A DNA stretch of 64,000 nt from Heterodontus francisci. Its lineage: Eukaryota. Under the pieces are notes generated by a model that made no database searches, was not told the origin of the DNA, and worked only from the letters and a program-made list of their open reading frames with translations. Where the stretch lies: the NCBI RefSeq assembly GCF_036365525.1, contig NC_090379.1:111019350-111083349 (forward strand), written 5' to 3'. Below, piece by piece: positions 1 to 11,389 of the stretch. The stretch's first letter is position 1; every line of letters begins with the position of its first letter. A program made the translations under genes and the position numbers.

Positions 1-63
1 TCTTCTCTTATACAAAAGGGCGTATTAATACCGTAAAATTATCAATTTTATATTTGTCTCTCA

Positions 64-252
<189 letters not shown>

Positions 253-746
253 TCAAAGAGCACGTGAACAATGTGCCAAGAGGGCTGTGATGCATCCGTC
301 GTTAAAAGGCCACTCAGGAGCCTTCGTGTGGACAACTCAGAACAGCCTTGACAAAGTCCTGTACGCTGGTCGCAATCTCCATCTCGGTTTTGGAGGCGGG
401 GAGTGGGCAGGGGCTTCGAAGTAAAACCCAGGAAAGGCCTCCCAGTTCTGCCTTCTTGGGTTGGCGTTAAAGATCGCCGACAGTTGTTTAATTCGGGACA
501 ACATTTAACCCTGATCCAAAGTCACTGCAACACAATACCTGGTCATGTATATTATTGCTGTTTTGGGGACAATACAGTTTATCAATTGTTCCCCTAAATT
601 GCAATACTGATTATATTTCAAGATATTTCATTCGTCTTAAAGCAATTAGGAACATCTCGAGATCGAAACAGGCGCTATCGACATTCAAGATTTTGTTTCC
701 AATATTGTTTTGCGCCAATTCTGTGTCATCCCTACACCTGCAAATG

Positions 747-942
747 TTATTTATTTATTTTTTATTTAGAGATACAGCACTGAAACAGGCCCTTCGGCCC
801 ACCGAGTCTGTGCCGACCAACAACCACCCATTTATACTAATCCTACATTAGCCCCATATTCTCTACTACATCCCCACCATTCTCCTACCTACACTAGGGG
901 CAATTTATAATGGCCAATTTACCTATCAACCTGCAAGTCTTT
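747..942 (-). mobile_element. HE1-type shark SINE, 3' part
   Basis: Matches the 3' half of the fuller copies at 25081-25412 and 36355-36698 (gagatacagcactgaaacaggcccttcggcccaccgagtctgtgcc...). Confidence 0.8.
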
Positions 943-1439
943 ATCTCAGTGCAAGTAAAGCGCTCGCATTTTCAGCCTTCCAGATTGCAATTCTTCCACC
1001 TCAGTGTTGACCAGAGATGTGGAAATTCTTCAGAAAACATAGTGCACAGCGTTACTGTAAAAATATACTTGTTAAAAAATACTATTCCTAAAATAACTTC
1101 ACACTTCACTTTCAGATTCACAACTCTCTGGCTTTTGGCCTTCCTTCATCATGACATTTTTCTAGCAAAATCTGCTAAATCACACTTTCCCTCCACCTTT
1201 GATGTACTTGTCCCCATTAAAAGCATTACATGTTCTCACCATTGTTGTCCGTCCTGGTAGACCCCTTATCTCTGCTCCCTTAAGTCCAAGGAATGGAAAT
1301 TTGCATGCCTATGGCTGGTTTAAACACCCATTGCCAGTTCTGCTTCTCCTTTATTAAAACTGCTAATCACTTATACACCATCCTGAAATGCAAAATAACC
1401 ATCAGCTTCTCTTCACCACAAAGAGTCTCTTAAAGACAA

Positions 1440-2150
1440 GGAAACATCTGCCAGATTGGGCCTGCAGCAGGTGCTGAGAGAACCAACAAGAGGGAAAAAT
1501 CTACTTGACCTTGTTCTCACCAATCTAACTGTCACAGATGCCTCTGTCCATGAAAGTATTGATAGGAGTAAGCATCACACAGTCCTTGTAGAGTCGAAGT
1601 CCCATCTTCACATTGAGGACACTGTCCATGCGTTGTGTTGTGTGGAGAAATGTGCTAAATAGGATAGACCCAGAACAGATCTAACAGCTCAAAACTGGGC
1701 ATTTAAGAAGCGCTGTGTGCCATCAGGATCAGCAGCATCAGCCGCAATCTGTAACCTCATAGCCCAGTAGATCCCTAACTCTACTATGACCATCAAGCCA
1801 GGGGACTAACCCTGCTTCAATAAGGAGTGCATGCCAGGTGCAACAGCAGGCATATCTAAAACTGAAGTGCTAACCTGGCGAGCACAGGACAACATGCATG
1901 CTAAACAGCAGACACAGCATGTGATAGACAGAGCTAAGTGATCCCACAAACAACAAATCAGATCAAAGCTCTGCAGTTCTGCCACATCCAGTCATGAATG
2001 ATGGTGGATAATAAACAACTGACCAGAGGAGGAGATTCCACAAACATCTCCATCCTCAGTGATGGCGGAGCCCAGCATGTCTGTGCAAAAGACAGGGCTG
2101 ACCCATTTGTAAACATCTGCAGCCAGAAGTGCCGAGTGGATGATCCACAC
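1440..2150 (+). mobile_element. Degenerate CR1/L2-clade LINE ORF2 fragment (endonuclease C-terminal region)
   Basis: ORF 1456-1662 GLQQVLREPTRGKNLLDLVLTN...SKHHTV resembles the APE endonuclease PTRG..LDLV..SDH motifs; downstream frame is broken. Confidence 0.7.
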
Positions 2151-2290
2151 AGGCATGGACCAGTTGGGCTCAATGGCCTGAAAGTATTTTGTGCATCCCT
2201 ACCAATGTATCCAGTAAATACATTGCAAAATAAGTAGCGAGTTTACTTTTAAATCCAAACAGTTCATTTGCAATAGGCTACTATACTTAC

Positions 2291-2422
2291 AGGTTCCCAG
2301 ACAAAAGCAGAAACACCAAGATAAGCTCCTTTAAACATAGTGATCTTCAAAGGGTGTCCACTAAATTCATAATTCTTCTCCTCCAACTCCAAGGAGGGAT
2401 TGCTATCCATGGTGCTGCTCAT
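2291..2422 (-). CDS. EEF1AKMT3: EEF1AKMT3/METTL21B-like copy A, coding exon 1
   Basis: ATG at 2422; 44 codons MSSTMDSNPSLELEEKNYEFSGHPLKITMFKGAYLGVSAFVWEP, then a phase-0 gtaagt donor (2285-2290); closely paralogous to 55597-55728; probable acceptor near 2519-2522. Confidence 0.88.
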
Positions 2423-3034
2423 CCTGATTTCGAACTTACTCTCTGCAATCTCCAAGCAGATATCCTCCAGTCCCGGATGCGGATTTCTATCAGTTTCAGG
2501 CCCACTCCAAGCTTTTATCTCTGATAAGGAAAAATGGTTTATAAACTCTCCGAAACGCAGCACAATATTGTTTTATATGGCAGAATAGCAGAAGGCTTAT
2601 AACAAAACACATGAAAGCACTATTCAGTCTAACATGGAGATAACTGCCAAAGTAAGCCACCATATTCTGCATGAATCAAATATTGGCCATTCATCGCAAC
2701 AATGGGCAATGTTGTTTAAATCGCTGACACAACTACATGCCCAAGTGAACCTTAATCTATTGGATGTCTTCACACTCCAGATAGCACTGTGGTACCGAGT
2801 CGAATTTATTTGATTGACAATCAAGTAGCCTTGAAAATGGAGGGGGATAGGTGTTGGGGGAAGTAACCCAATTCCCAAAATACAGCGGAGATAGAAAAAA
2901 GAAGCAGAGGGGAATGAGTGAAGGAATGAGGGTATAACTTGCAAGCAGAGGAAATTGAATAGGAATGTTCAAAGAGACCGTGACATATCAAAATAATAAA
3001 GGAGAGACCGACGGGAACATGCTTCCGACTCACC

Positions 3035-3592
3035 TGGGGATCTAACCCTCATTTTACAGGTTCCCAGATTTTAACCGTTCCGAGGCGGGACTTCCACCCG
3101 CTTGAGGGAGGAAGTCCCACCTCATTGAGCTGCCGGCCAATCAGCGGGCCTGCAGCTCTCAGTCCCAGCAGCGCCACCGGGAGCGGTGTTCACTGCTGGG
3201 ACTGCAGCCCAGCCGAAGACGGAGCCGGGAAGACCGGTAGGTTTTGTTTGCCTCGCCTTGGGTAAGGGATCGGGCCCCGGCGAGGCAAGGGTGGACGCTT
3301 GGGGGGAAGGGGACATGTTGGGGCAGGGGGCGGCCCTCCATCGAGCACCCCTGTGCCCAATGAACAAGGCCCCCGGCGGAGCCTGCTTTTCCCAGGTGGC
3401 TTTTCCCCGCTGCAGGACGCGTTAAGTGGCCACGTAAGGGCCTGTATTGGCTTGGGGCGGGCGGGCCGTCTTCTCTGGCCCGCCCTGGTAATGGAGGCGG
3501 GAGCGTGTCGGCAGAGCCTCCCGCTCCATTTTACGCCAACCCGCCCCACCATCGCCGCCATTCGGTTTGTTGGGGTGGTGTAAAATGCTTGC
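3035..3592. mobile_element. GC-rich non-autonomous DNA element (Harbinger-type MITE)
   Basis: Reverse-complement homology to 29163-29860 (aaaatggagcgggagg; cagtcccagcag...gctgggact hairpin); ends in gtaaaat. Confidence 0.6.
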
Positions 3593-5264
3593 TGAATGCT
3601 CGTAAAATGACAGACAATATATCAATTAATTTTCTGGTATTATGTTCTCATCCTCCCCATTACACAAGTGCCTGGCATAAACGTTGATTCTGTCATTTGA
3701 ATTCTTTGAAGAAGTAACAAAAATGATAGATAATTGTAATGCAGTAGACGTTCGACTGAAATGAAGCATGCCTCCTGTGTCATTACTTTTTTGTAGTCTG
3801 CAGTGACACTGGGAAAGATCATAATTGCTCATGTTTGAGACACCGAAAGTCAAAATAAAGAACTGCAGTGGCAGTGTGCACAGGACACGCAGCAGAGAAG
3901 CGTTGGTGCAGAATTCAAGCTTGACGCCCTGTTAGACAGTAGGACCCTGCGTGGCTATGTCGTTCTACTGCTGGAAGATGGGATGGATAGATTTTACGAC
4001 TTGCTGTTTCCAAATTTTTGAATCTATTGGTGAGCCTTAATATCCTTAGAAAGAATTGCGGGAAAATATATTTGTTTTGCATATAGAAGTCTCATCGGCT
4101 CAAATATCAGGTTCACGAAGCCCAGGGAAAAGAAGAAGAAAGAAAATGTATTTCGTAGTGAATTCACGGGGCCTGCAGCTTTTCGAGGGCATGAAATTCC
4201 ACTAGTGGTAGGAATGTCATAGAGTCATAGAGTTATACAGCACAGAAACAGGCCCTTCAGCCCATCGTGTCTGTGCCAGCCATTAAGAATCTAACTATTG
4301 TAGTCCCATTTTCCAGCACTTGGCCCGTAGCCTTGTATGCTATGGCATTTCAAGTGTTCATCTAAATACTTATTAAATGTTGTGAAAATTCCTGCCTCTC
4401 CAACCCCTACAGGCAGTGTATTCCAGATTCCAACCACCCTCTGGGTGAAAATGTTTTTCCTCAAATCGGCTCTAAACCTTCTGCCCCTTACCTTAAATAT
4501 ATGCCCCCTGGTTATTGACCCCTCCACTAAGGGAAAAAGTCTCTTCATATCTCACCTATCAATGTCCCTCATGATTTTGTATACCTCAATCATGTCCGCC
4601 CGCCCCCCTCCCCCCTCATCCTTCTCTGTTCTAAGGAAAACAACCCTAGCCTTTTCAGTCTCTCTTCATAGCTGAAATGCTCCAGCCCAGGCAACATCCT
4701 GGTGAATCTCCTCTGCACCCTCTCCAGTGCAATCACATCCTTCCTATAGTGTGGTGCCCAGAACTGTACACAGTATTCCAGCTGTGGCCTGACTAGCGTT
4801 TTATACAGCTACATCATAACCTCCCTGCTCTTATATTCTATGTCTCAGCTAATATAGGCAAGTATCCCATATGCCTTCCTAACCACCTTATCTACCTGTG
4901 CTGCTGCCTTCAGTGATCTATGGATAAGTACACCAAGGTCCCTCTGACCTTCTGTTCTTCCTAGGGTACTACCATCCATTGTATATTCCCTTGCCTTGTT
5001 AGTCCACCCGAAATGCATCACCTCACACTTCTCAGGTTTAAATTCCGTTTGCCACAGCTCTTCCCACCTTATCAGCCCATCTATATCATCCTGTAATCTA
5101 AAACTTTCCTCCTCACTATTTACGACACCACCAATTTTCGTGTCATCTGCGAACTTACTTATCATACCTCCTAAATCATTAATATACACTACAAACAGCA
5201 AGGGTCCCAGCACCGATCCCTATGGTACACCACTGGTCACAGGCTTCTACTCGCAAAAACAACT

Positions 5265-7849
5265 GAGGTAGTATGGGCCGAGGTTAGAAATAGGAGAGGT
5301 GAGGTCACCCTGTTGGGAGTCTTTTATAGACCTCCGAATAGTTCCAGAGATGTAGAGGAAAGGATAGCGAAGATGATTCTCGACAGGGGCGAGAGTAACA
5401 GGGTAGTTGTTATGGGGGACTTTAACTTTCCAAATCTCGACTGGAAATACTATAGTTCGAGTACTTTAGATGGGTCAGTTTTTGTCCAGTGTGTGCAGGA
5501 GTGTTTTCTGACACAGTATGTAGACAGGCCAACCAGGGGCGATGCCACATTGGATTTGGTACTGGGTAATGAACCCGGCCAGGTGTTAGATTTAGATGTA
5601 GGTGAGCACTTTGGTGATAGTGATCACAATTCGGTTAGGTTTACCTTAGCGATGGGCAGGGACAGGTATATACCGCAGGGCAAAAATTATAGCTGGGGGA
5701 AAGGAAATTATGATGCGATTAGGCAAGATTTAGGATGCGTAGGATGGGGAAGGAAACTGCAGGGGATGGGAACAATCGAAATGTGGAGCTTATTCAAGGA
5801 GCAGCTACTGCGTGTCCTTGATAAGTATGTACCTGTGAGGCAGGGAGGAAGTTGTCGAGCGAGGGAGCCGTGGTTTACTAAAGAAGTTGAAGCGCTTGTC
5901 AAGAGGAAGAAGAAGGCTTATGTTAGGATGAGATGTGAAGGCTCAGTTAGGGCGCTTGAGAGTTACAAGCTAGCCAGGAAGGATCTAAAGGGAGAGCTAA
6001 GAAGAGCAAGGAGAGGACACGAGAAGTCATTGGCGGATAGGATCAAGGAAAACCCTAAGGCTTTCTATAGGTATATCAGGAATAAAAGAATGACTAGAGT
6101 TAGATTAGGGCCAATCAAGGATAGTAGTGGGAAGTTGTGTGTGGAATCAGAGGAGATAGGGGAAGCGTTAAATGAATATTTTGCATCAGTATTTACAGTA
6201 GAGAAAGAAAATGTTGTCAAGGAGAATACTGAGATTCAGGCTACTAGGCTAAATGGGATTGAGGTTCACAAGGAGGAGGTGTTAGCAATTTTGGAAAGTG
6301 TGAAAATAGATAAGTCCCCTGGGCCAGATGGGATTTATCCTAGGATTCTCTGGGAAGCTAGGGAGGAGATTGCAGAGCCTTTGTCCTTGATCTTTATGTC
6401 GTCATTGTCGACAGGAATAGTGCCGGAAGACTGGAGGATAGCAAATGTTGTCCCCTTGTTCAAGAAGGGGAGTAGAGACAGCCCTGGTAATTATAGACCT
6501 GTGAGCCTTACTTCGGTTGTGGGTAAAATGTTGGAAAAGGTTATAAGAGACAGGATTTATAATCATCTTGAAAAGAATAAGTTCATTAGCGATAGTCAGC
6601 ACGGTTTTGTGACGGGTAGGTCATGCCTCACAAACCTTATTGAGTTTTTCGAGAAGGTGACCAAACAGGTGGATGAGGGTAAAGCAGTGGATGTGGTGTA
6701 TATGGATTTCAGTAAGGCGTTTGATAAGGTTCCCCACGGTAGGCTATTGCAGAAAATACGGAAGTATGGGATTGAAGGTGATTTAGAGCTTTGGTTCAGA
6801 AATTGGCTAGCTGAAAGAAGACAGAGGGTGGTGGTTGATGGCAAATGTTCATCCTGGAGTTTAGTTACTAGTGGTGTACCGCAAGGATCTGTTTTGGGGC
6901 CACTGCTGTTTGTCATTTTTATAAATGACCTGGAAGAGGGTGTAGAAGGGTGGGTTCGTAAATTTGCGGATGACACGAAGGTCGGTGGAGTTGTGGATAG
7001 TGCCGAAGGATGTTGTAGGGTACAGAGGGACATAGATAGGCTGCAGAGCTGGGCTGGGAGATGGCAAATGGAGTTTAATGCGGAAAAGTGCGAGGTGATT
7101 CACTTTGGAAGGAGTAACAGGAATGCAGAGTACTGGGCTAATGGGAAGATTCTTGGTAGTGTAGATGAACAGAGAGATCTTGGTGTCCACGTACATGAAT
7201 CCCTGAAGGTTGCTACCCAGGTTAATAGGGCTGTTAAGAAGGCAAAAGGTGTGTTAGCTTTTATTAGTAGGGGGATCGAGTTTCGGAGCCACGAGGTCGT
7301 GCTGCAGCTGTACAAAACTCTGGTGAGACCGCACCTGGAGTATTGCGTGCAGTTCTGGTCACCGCATTATAGTAAGGATGTGGAAGCTTTGGAAAGGGTG
7401 CAGAGGAGATTTACTTGGATGTTGCCTGGTATGGAGGGAAGGTCTTACGAGGAAAGGCTGAGGGACTTGAGGTTGTTTGCGTTGGAGAGAAGGAGGAGGA
7501 GAGGTGACTTAATAGAGACATATAAGATAATCAGAGGGTTAGATAGGGTGGATAGTGAGAGTCTTTTTCCTCGGATGGTGATGGCAAACACGAGGGGACA
7601 TAGCTTTAAGTTGAGTGGTGATAGATATAGGACAGATGTCAGAGGTAGTTTCTTTACTCAGAGAGTAGTAGGGGTGTGGAACGCCCTGCCTGCAGCAGTA
7701 GTAGACTCGCCAACTTTAAGGGCATTTAAGTGGTCATTGGATAGACATATGGATGAAAATGGAATAGTGTAGGTCAGATGGTTTCACAGGTCGGCACAAC
7801 ATCGAGGGCCGAAGGGCTTGTACTGCGCTGAAATGTTCCAAAAAAAAAA
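5265..7849 (+). mobile_element. Young 5'-truncated CR1 LINE nested in the host CR1
   Basis: Uninterrupted ORF2, short 3'UTR and A-run; flanked by AACT at 5261-5264 and 7848-7851. Confidence 0.92.
5313..7772 (+). CDS. CR1 ORF2 (C-terminal APE endonuclease + reverse transcriptase), 5'-truncated, no stops
   Basis: 819-aa ORF with GDFN and GDSDH (EN) and KSPGPDG, NYRPVSL, DFSKAFD, GVPQGSVLGP, FADD (RT). Confidence 0.93.
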   Translation: MGVFYRPPNSSRDVEERIAKMILDRGESNRVVVMGDFNFPNLDWKYYSSSTLDGSVFVQCVQECFLTQYVDRPTRGDATLDLVLGNEPGQVLDLDVGEHFGDSDHNSVRFTLAMGRDRYIPQGKNYSWGKGNYDAIRQDLGCVGWGRKLQGMGTIEMWSLFKEQLLRVLDKYVPVRQGGSCRAREPWFTKEVEALVKRKKKAYVRMRCEGSVRALESYKLARKDLKGELRRARRGHEKSLADRIKENPKAFYRYIRNKRMTRVRLGPIKDSSGKLCVESEEIGEALNEYFASVFTVEKENVVKENTEIQATRLNGIEVHKEEVLAILESVKIDKSPGPDGIYPRILWEAREEIAEPLSLIFMSSLSTGIVPEDWRIANVVPLFKKGSRDSPGNYRPVSLTSVVGKMLEKVIRDRIYNHLEKNKFISDSQHGFVTGRSCLTNLIEFFEKVTKQVDEGKAVDVVYMDFSKAFDKVPHGRLLQKIRKYGIEGDLELWFRNWLAERRQRVVVDGKCSSWSLVTSGVPQGSVLGPLLFVIFINDLEEGVEGWVRKFADDTKVGGVVDSAEGCCRVQRDIDRLQSWAGRWQMEFNAEKCEVIHFGRSNRNAEYWANGKILGSVDEQRDLGVHVHESLKVATQVNRAVKKAKGVLAFISRGIEFRSHEVVLQLYKTLVRPHLEYCVQFWSPHYSKDVEALERVQRRFTWMLPGMEGRSYEERLRDLRLFALERRRRRGDLIETYKIIRGLDRVDSESLFPRMVMANTRGHSFKLSGDRYRTDVRGSFFTQRVVGVWNALPAAVVDSPTLRAFKWSLDRHMDENGIV

Positions 7850-7922
7850 CTCTCGACCATTACCCTCTGTTACCTGCCACTAAGCCAATTTTGGATCCAA
7901 TTTGCCAAATTGCCCTGGATCC

Positions 7923-10762
7923 AAAGAACAAAGAACAAACAAAATTACAGCACAGGAACAGGCCCTTCGGCCCTCCAAGCCTACGCCGATCCAGATCCTC
8001 TATCTAAACCTGTCGCCCATTTTCTAAGGGTCTGTATCACTTTACTTCCTGCCCATTCATGTATCTGTCTAGATACATCTTAAAAGACACTATCGTGCCC
8101 GCGTCTACCACCTCCGTTGGCAACACGTTCCAGGCACCCACCACCCTCTGCGTAAAGAACCTTCCACGCATATCCCCCCTAAACTTTTCCCCTTTCACTT
8201 TGAACTTGTGTCCCCTAGTAATTGAATCCCCCACTCTGTGAAAAAGCTTCTTGCTATCCAACCTGTCTATACCTCTCATGATTTTGTACACCTCAATCAG
8301 GTCCCCCCTCAACCTCCATCTTTCTAATGAAAATAATCCTAATCTACTCAACCTCTCTTCATAGCTAGCGCCCTCCATACCAGGCAACATCCTGGTGAAC
8401 CTCCTCTGCACCCTCTCCAAAGCATTCACATCCTTTTGGTAATGTGGCGACCAGAACTGCACGCAGTACTCCAAATGTGGCCGAACCAAAGACTTATACA
8501 ACTGTAACATGACCTGCCAACTCTTGTACTCAATACCCCATCCGATGAAGGAAAGCATGCCGTATGCCTTCTTGACCACTCTATTGACCTGCGTTGCCAC
8601 GTTCAGGGAACAATGGACCTGAACACCCAAATCTCTCTGTACATCAATTTTCCCCAGGACTTTTCCATTTACTGTATAGTTCACTCTTGAATTGGATCTT
8701 CCAAAATGCATCACCTCGCATTTGCCCTGATTGAACTCCATCTGCCATTTCACTGCCCAACTCTCCAATCTATCTATATTCTGCTGTATTCTCTGACAGT
8801 CCCCTTCACTATCTGCTACTCCACCAATCTTAGTGTCGTCTGCAAACTTGCTAATCAGACCACCTATACTTTCCTCCAAATCATTTATGTATATCACAAA
8901 CAACAGTGGTCCCAGCACGGATCCCTGTGGAACACCACTGGTTACACGTCCCCATTTTGAGAAACTCCCTTCCACTGCTACTCTCTGTCTCCTGTTGCCC
9001 AGCCAGTTCTTTATCCATCTAGCTAGTACACCCTGGATCCCATGCGACTTCACTTTTTCCATCAGCCTACCATGGGGAACCTTATCAAACGCCTTACTGA
9101 AGTCCATGTATATGACATCTACAGCCCTTCCCTCATCAATCAACTTTGTCACTTACTCAAAGAATTCTATTAAGTTGGTAAGACATGACCTTCCCTGCAC
9201 AAAACCATGTTGCCTATCACTGATAAGCCCACTTTCTTCCAAATGGGAATCGATCCTATCCCTCAGTATCTTCTCCAGCAGCTTCCCTACCACTGACGTC
9301 ATGCTCACCGGTCTATAATTACCTGGATTATCCCTGCTACCCTTCTTAAACAAGGGGACAACATTAGCAATTCTCCAGTCCTCCGGGACCTCACCCGTGT
9401 TTATGGATGTTGCAAAGATATCTGTTAAGGCCCCAGCTATTTCCTCTCTCGCTTCCCTCAGTAACCTGGGATAGATCCCATCCGGACCTGGGGACTTGTC
9501 CACCTTAATGCCTTTTAGAATACCCAACACTTCCTCCCTCCTTATGCCGACTTGACCTAGAGTAATCAAACATCTGTCCCTAACCTCAACATCCGTCATG
9601 TCCCTCTCCTCGGTGAATACCGATGCAAAGTACTCATTTAGAATCTCACCCATTTTCTCTGACTCCACGCATAACTTTCCTCCTTTGTCCTTGAGTGGGC
9701 CAATCCTTTCTCTAGTTACCCTCTTGCTCCTTATATATGAATAAAAGGCTTTGGGATTTTCCTTAACCCTGTTTGCTAAAGATATTTCATGACCCCTTTT
9801 AGCCCTCTTAATTCCTCGTTTCAGATTGCGCCTACAATCCCGATATTCTTTCAAAGCTTCGTCTTTCTTCAGCCGCCTAGACCTTATGTATGCTTCCTTT
9901 TTCCTCTTAGCTAGTTTCACAATTTCACCTGTCATCCATGGTTCCCTAATCTCGCCATTTCTATCATTCATTTTCACAGGAACATGTCTCTCCTGCACGC
10001 TGATCAACCTCTCTTTAAAAGCCTCCCACATATCACATGTGGATTTAGCTTCAAACAGCTGCTCCCAATCTACATTCCCCAGCTCCTGCCGAATTTTGGT
10101 ATAGTTGGCCTTCCCCCAATTTAGCACTCTTCCTTTAGGACCATTCTCGTCTTTGTCCATGGGTATTCTAAAACTTACAGATTGTGATCACTGTTCCCAA
10201 AGTAGTCCCCTACTGAAACTTCAACCACCTGGCCGGGCTCATTCCCCAACACCAGGTCCAGTATGGCCCCTTCCCGAGTTGGACTATTTACATACTGCTC
10301 TAGAAAACCCTCCTGGATGCTCCTTACACATTCTGCTCCATCTAGACCTCTAACACTATGTGAATCCCAGTCAATGTTGGGAAAATTAAAATCTCCTATC
10401 ACCACCACCCTGTTGCTCCTACATCTTTCCATAATCTGTTTGCATATTTGTACCTCTATCTCACGCTCGCTGTTGGGAGGCCTGTAGTACAGCCCCAACA
10501 TTGTTACCGCACCCTTCCTATTTCTCAGTTCTGCCCATATTAACTCACAGCTCGAGTCCTCCATAGTGCCTTCCTTCAGCACAGCTGTGATATCCTCTTT
10601 GACCTGTAATGCAACTCCTCCACCCCTTTTACCTCCCTCTCTATCCCGCCTGAAGCATCGGTATCCTGGGATATTTAGTTGCCAATCGTGCCCTTCCCTC
10701 AACCAAGTCTCAGTAATAGCAATAACATCATACTCCCAGGTACTAATCCAAGCCCTGAGTTC
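7923..10762 (-). mobile_element. Young 5'-truncated CR1 LINE nested in the host CR1; ORF2 with one nonsense codon and one frameshift
   Basis: ORF pieces 10175-10702, 9153-10160 and 8037-9152; TAA at 9153-9155 inside EFFE*VTK; frameshift near 10180; (ttctttg)n-type tail; ATCC direct repeat at 7919-7922 and 10763-10766. Confidence 0.92.
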
Positions 10763-11389
10763 ATCCCATGGGCTCTTACCTTCTTAACCAATCTCCCATG
10801 TGGGACCTTATCAAAATCGTGAATGTGAAGCTGCAGGCATGATTGTGTGACATTGAAGAATGAATCCCAGGTAAGGAAGGACCATCATATATAGCAAATT
10901 CAATGTATTGTGTTTTTGTTATCCTTAGTAGAGACCCTGCCAGCCTATATGACCGCGCAAGAGAACTTCGTTTCCTTAATGCTTGTTAATTGCTTCTGTG
11001 GTGTTCATTGTTTCCTTTGTAGTGAATTCAAATGTCCTTAGAAGGAATTGAGGAAAATGTATTTGCTTTGCCTAGATAATGCTACAAAGCATCTATTCAT
11101 CAGGACTTCAATCCCAGCTGCATATCAGACACTTTCCAAACCCTAGAAATTATGCCCTGTAGCAATTTTGCCCCACAGACTTTGCACTTCCCAAAATGTT
11201 TCAGTCAGACACAAACCAGTTACAAAACGTTTAATTATTTCTCTGTATAAATAATTCTCTGAAGGGTAAATAAATATAAAGTCATAAATTGAATGAGAGA
11301 AATGGATGAAAAATACTGCCATTTTGATTTGGGGTGACACAAATTCTATACTCTCATTGTTGTTATTATTGGGATAATAATCAGTCCGA

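Larger units (their letters stand above)
4217..10817 (-). mobile_element. Host CR1 LINE (5'-truncated) split into three pieces (4217-5264, 7852-7922, 10763-10817) by two nested CR1 insertions
   Basis: (ctctatga)n tail at 4217; ORFs 4291-4548 and 4845-5213 with LGPLLF..YINDL/KFADD; host sequence resumes collinearly after each insertion. Confidence 0.85.

Noticed and set aside
3122-3625. Cluster of overlapping Pro/Gly/Arg-rich ORFs (also 29145-29864, 49230-50308, 21373-22353)
   Set aside because: They lie inside GC-rich MITEs; stop codons are rare for compositional reasons and no protein motifs are present
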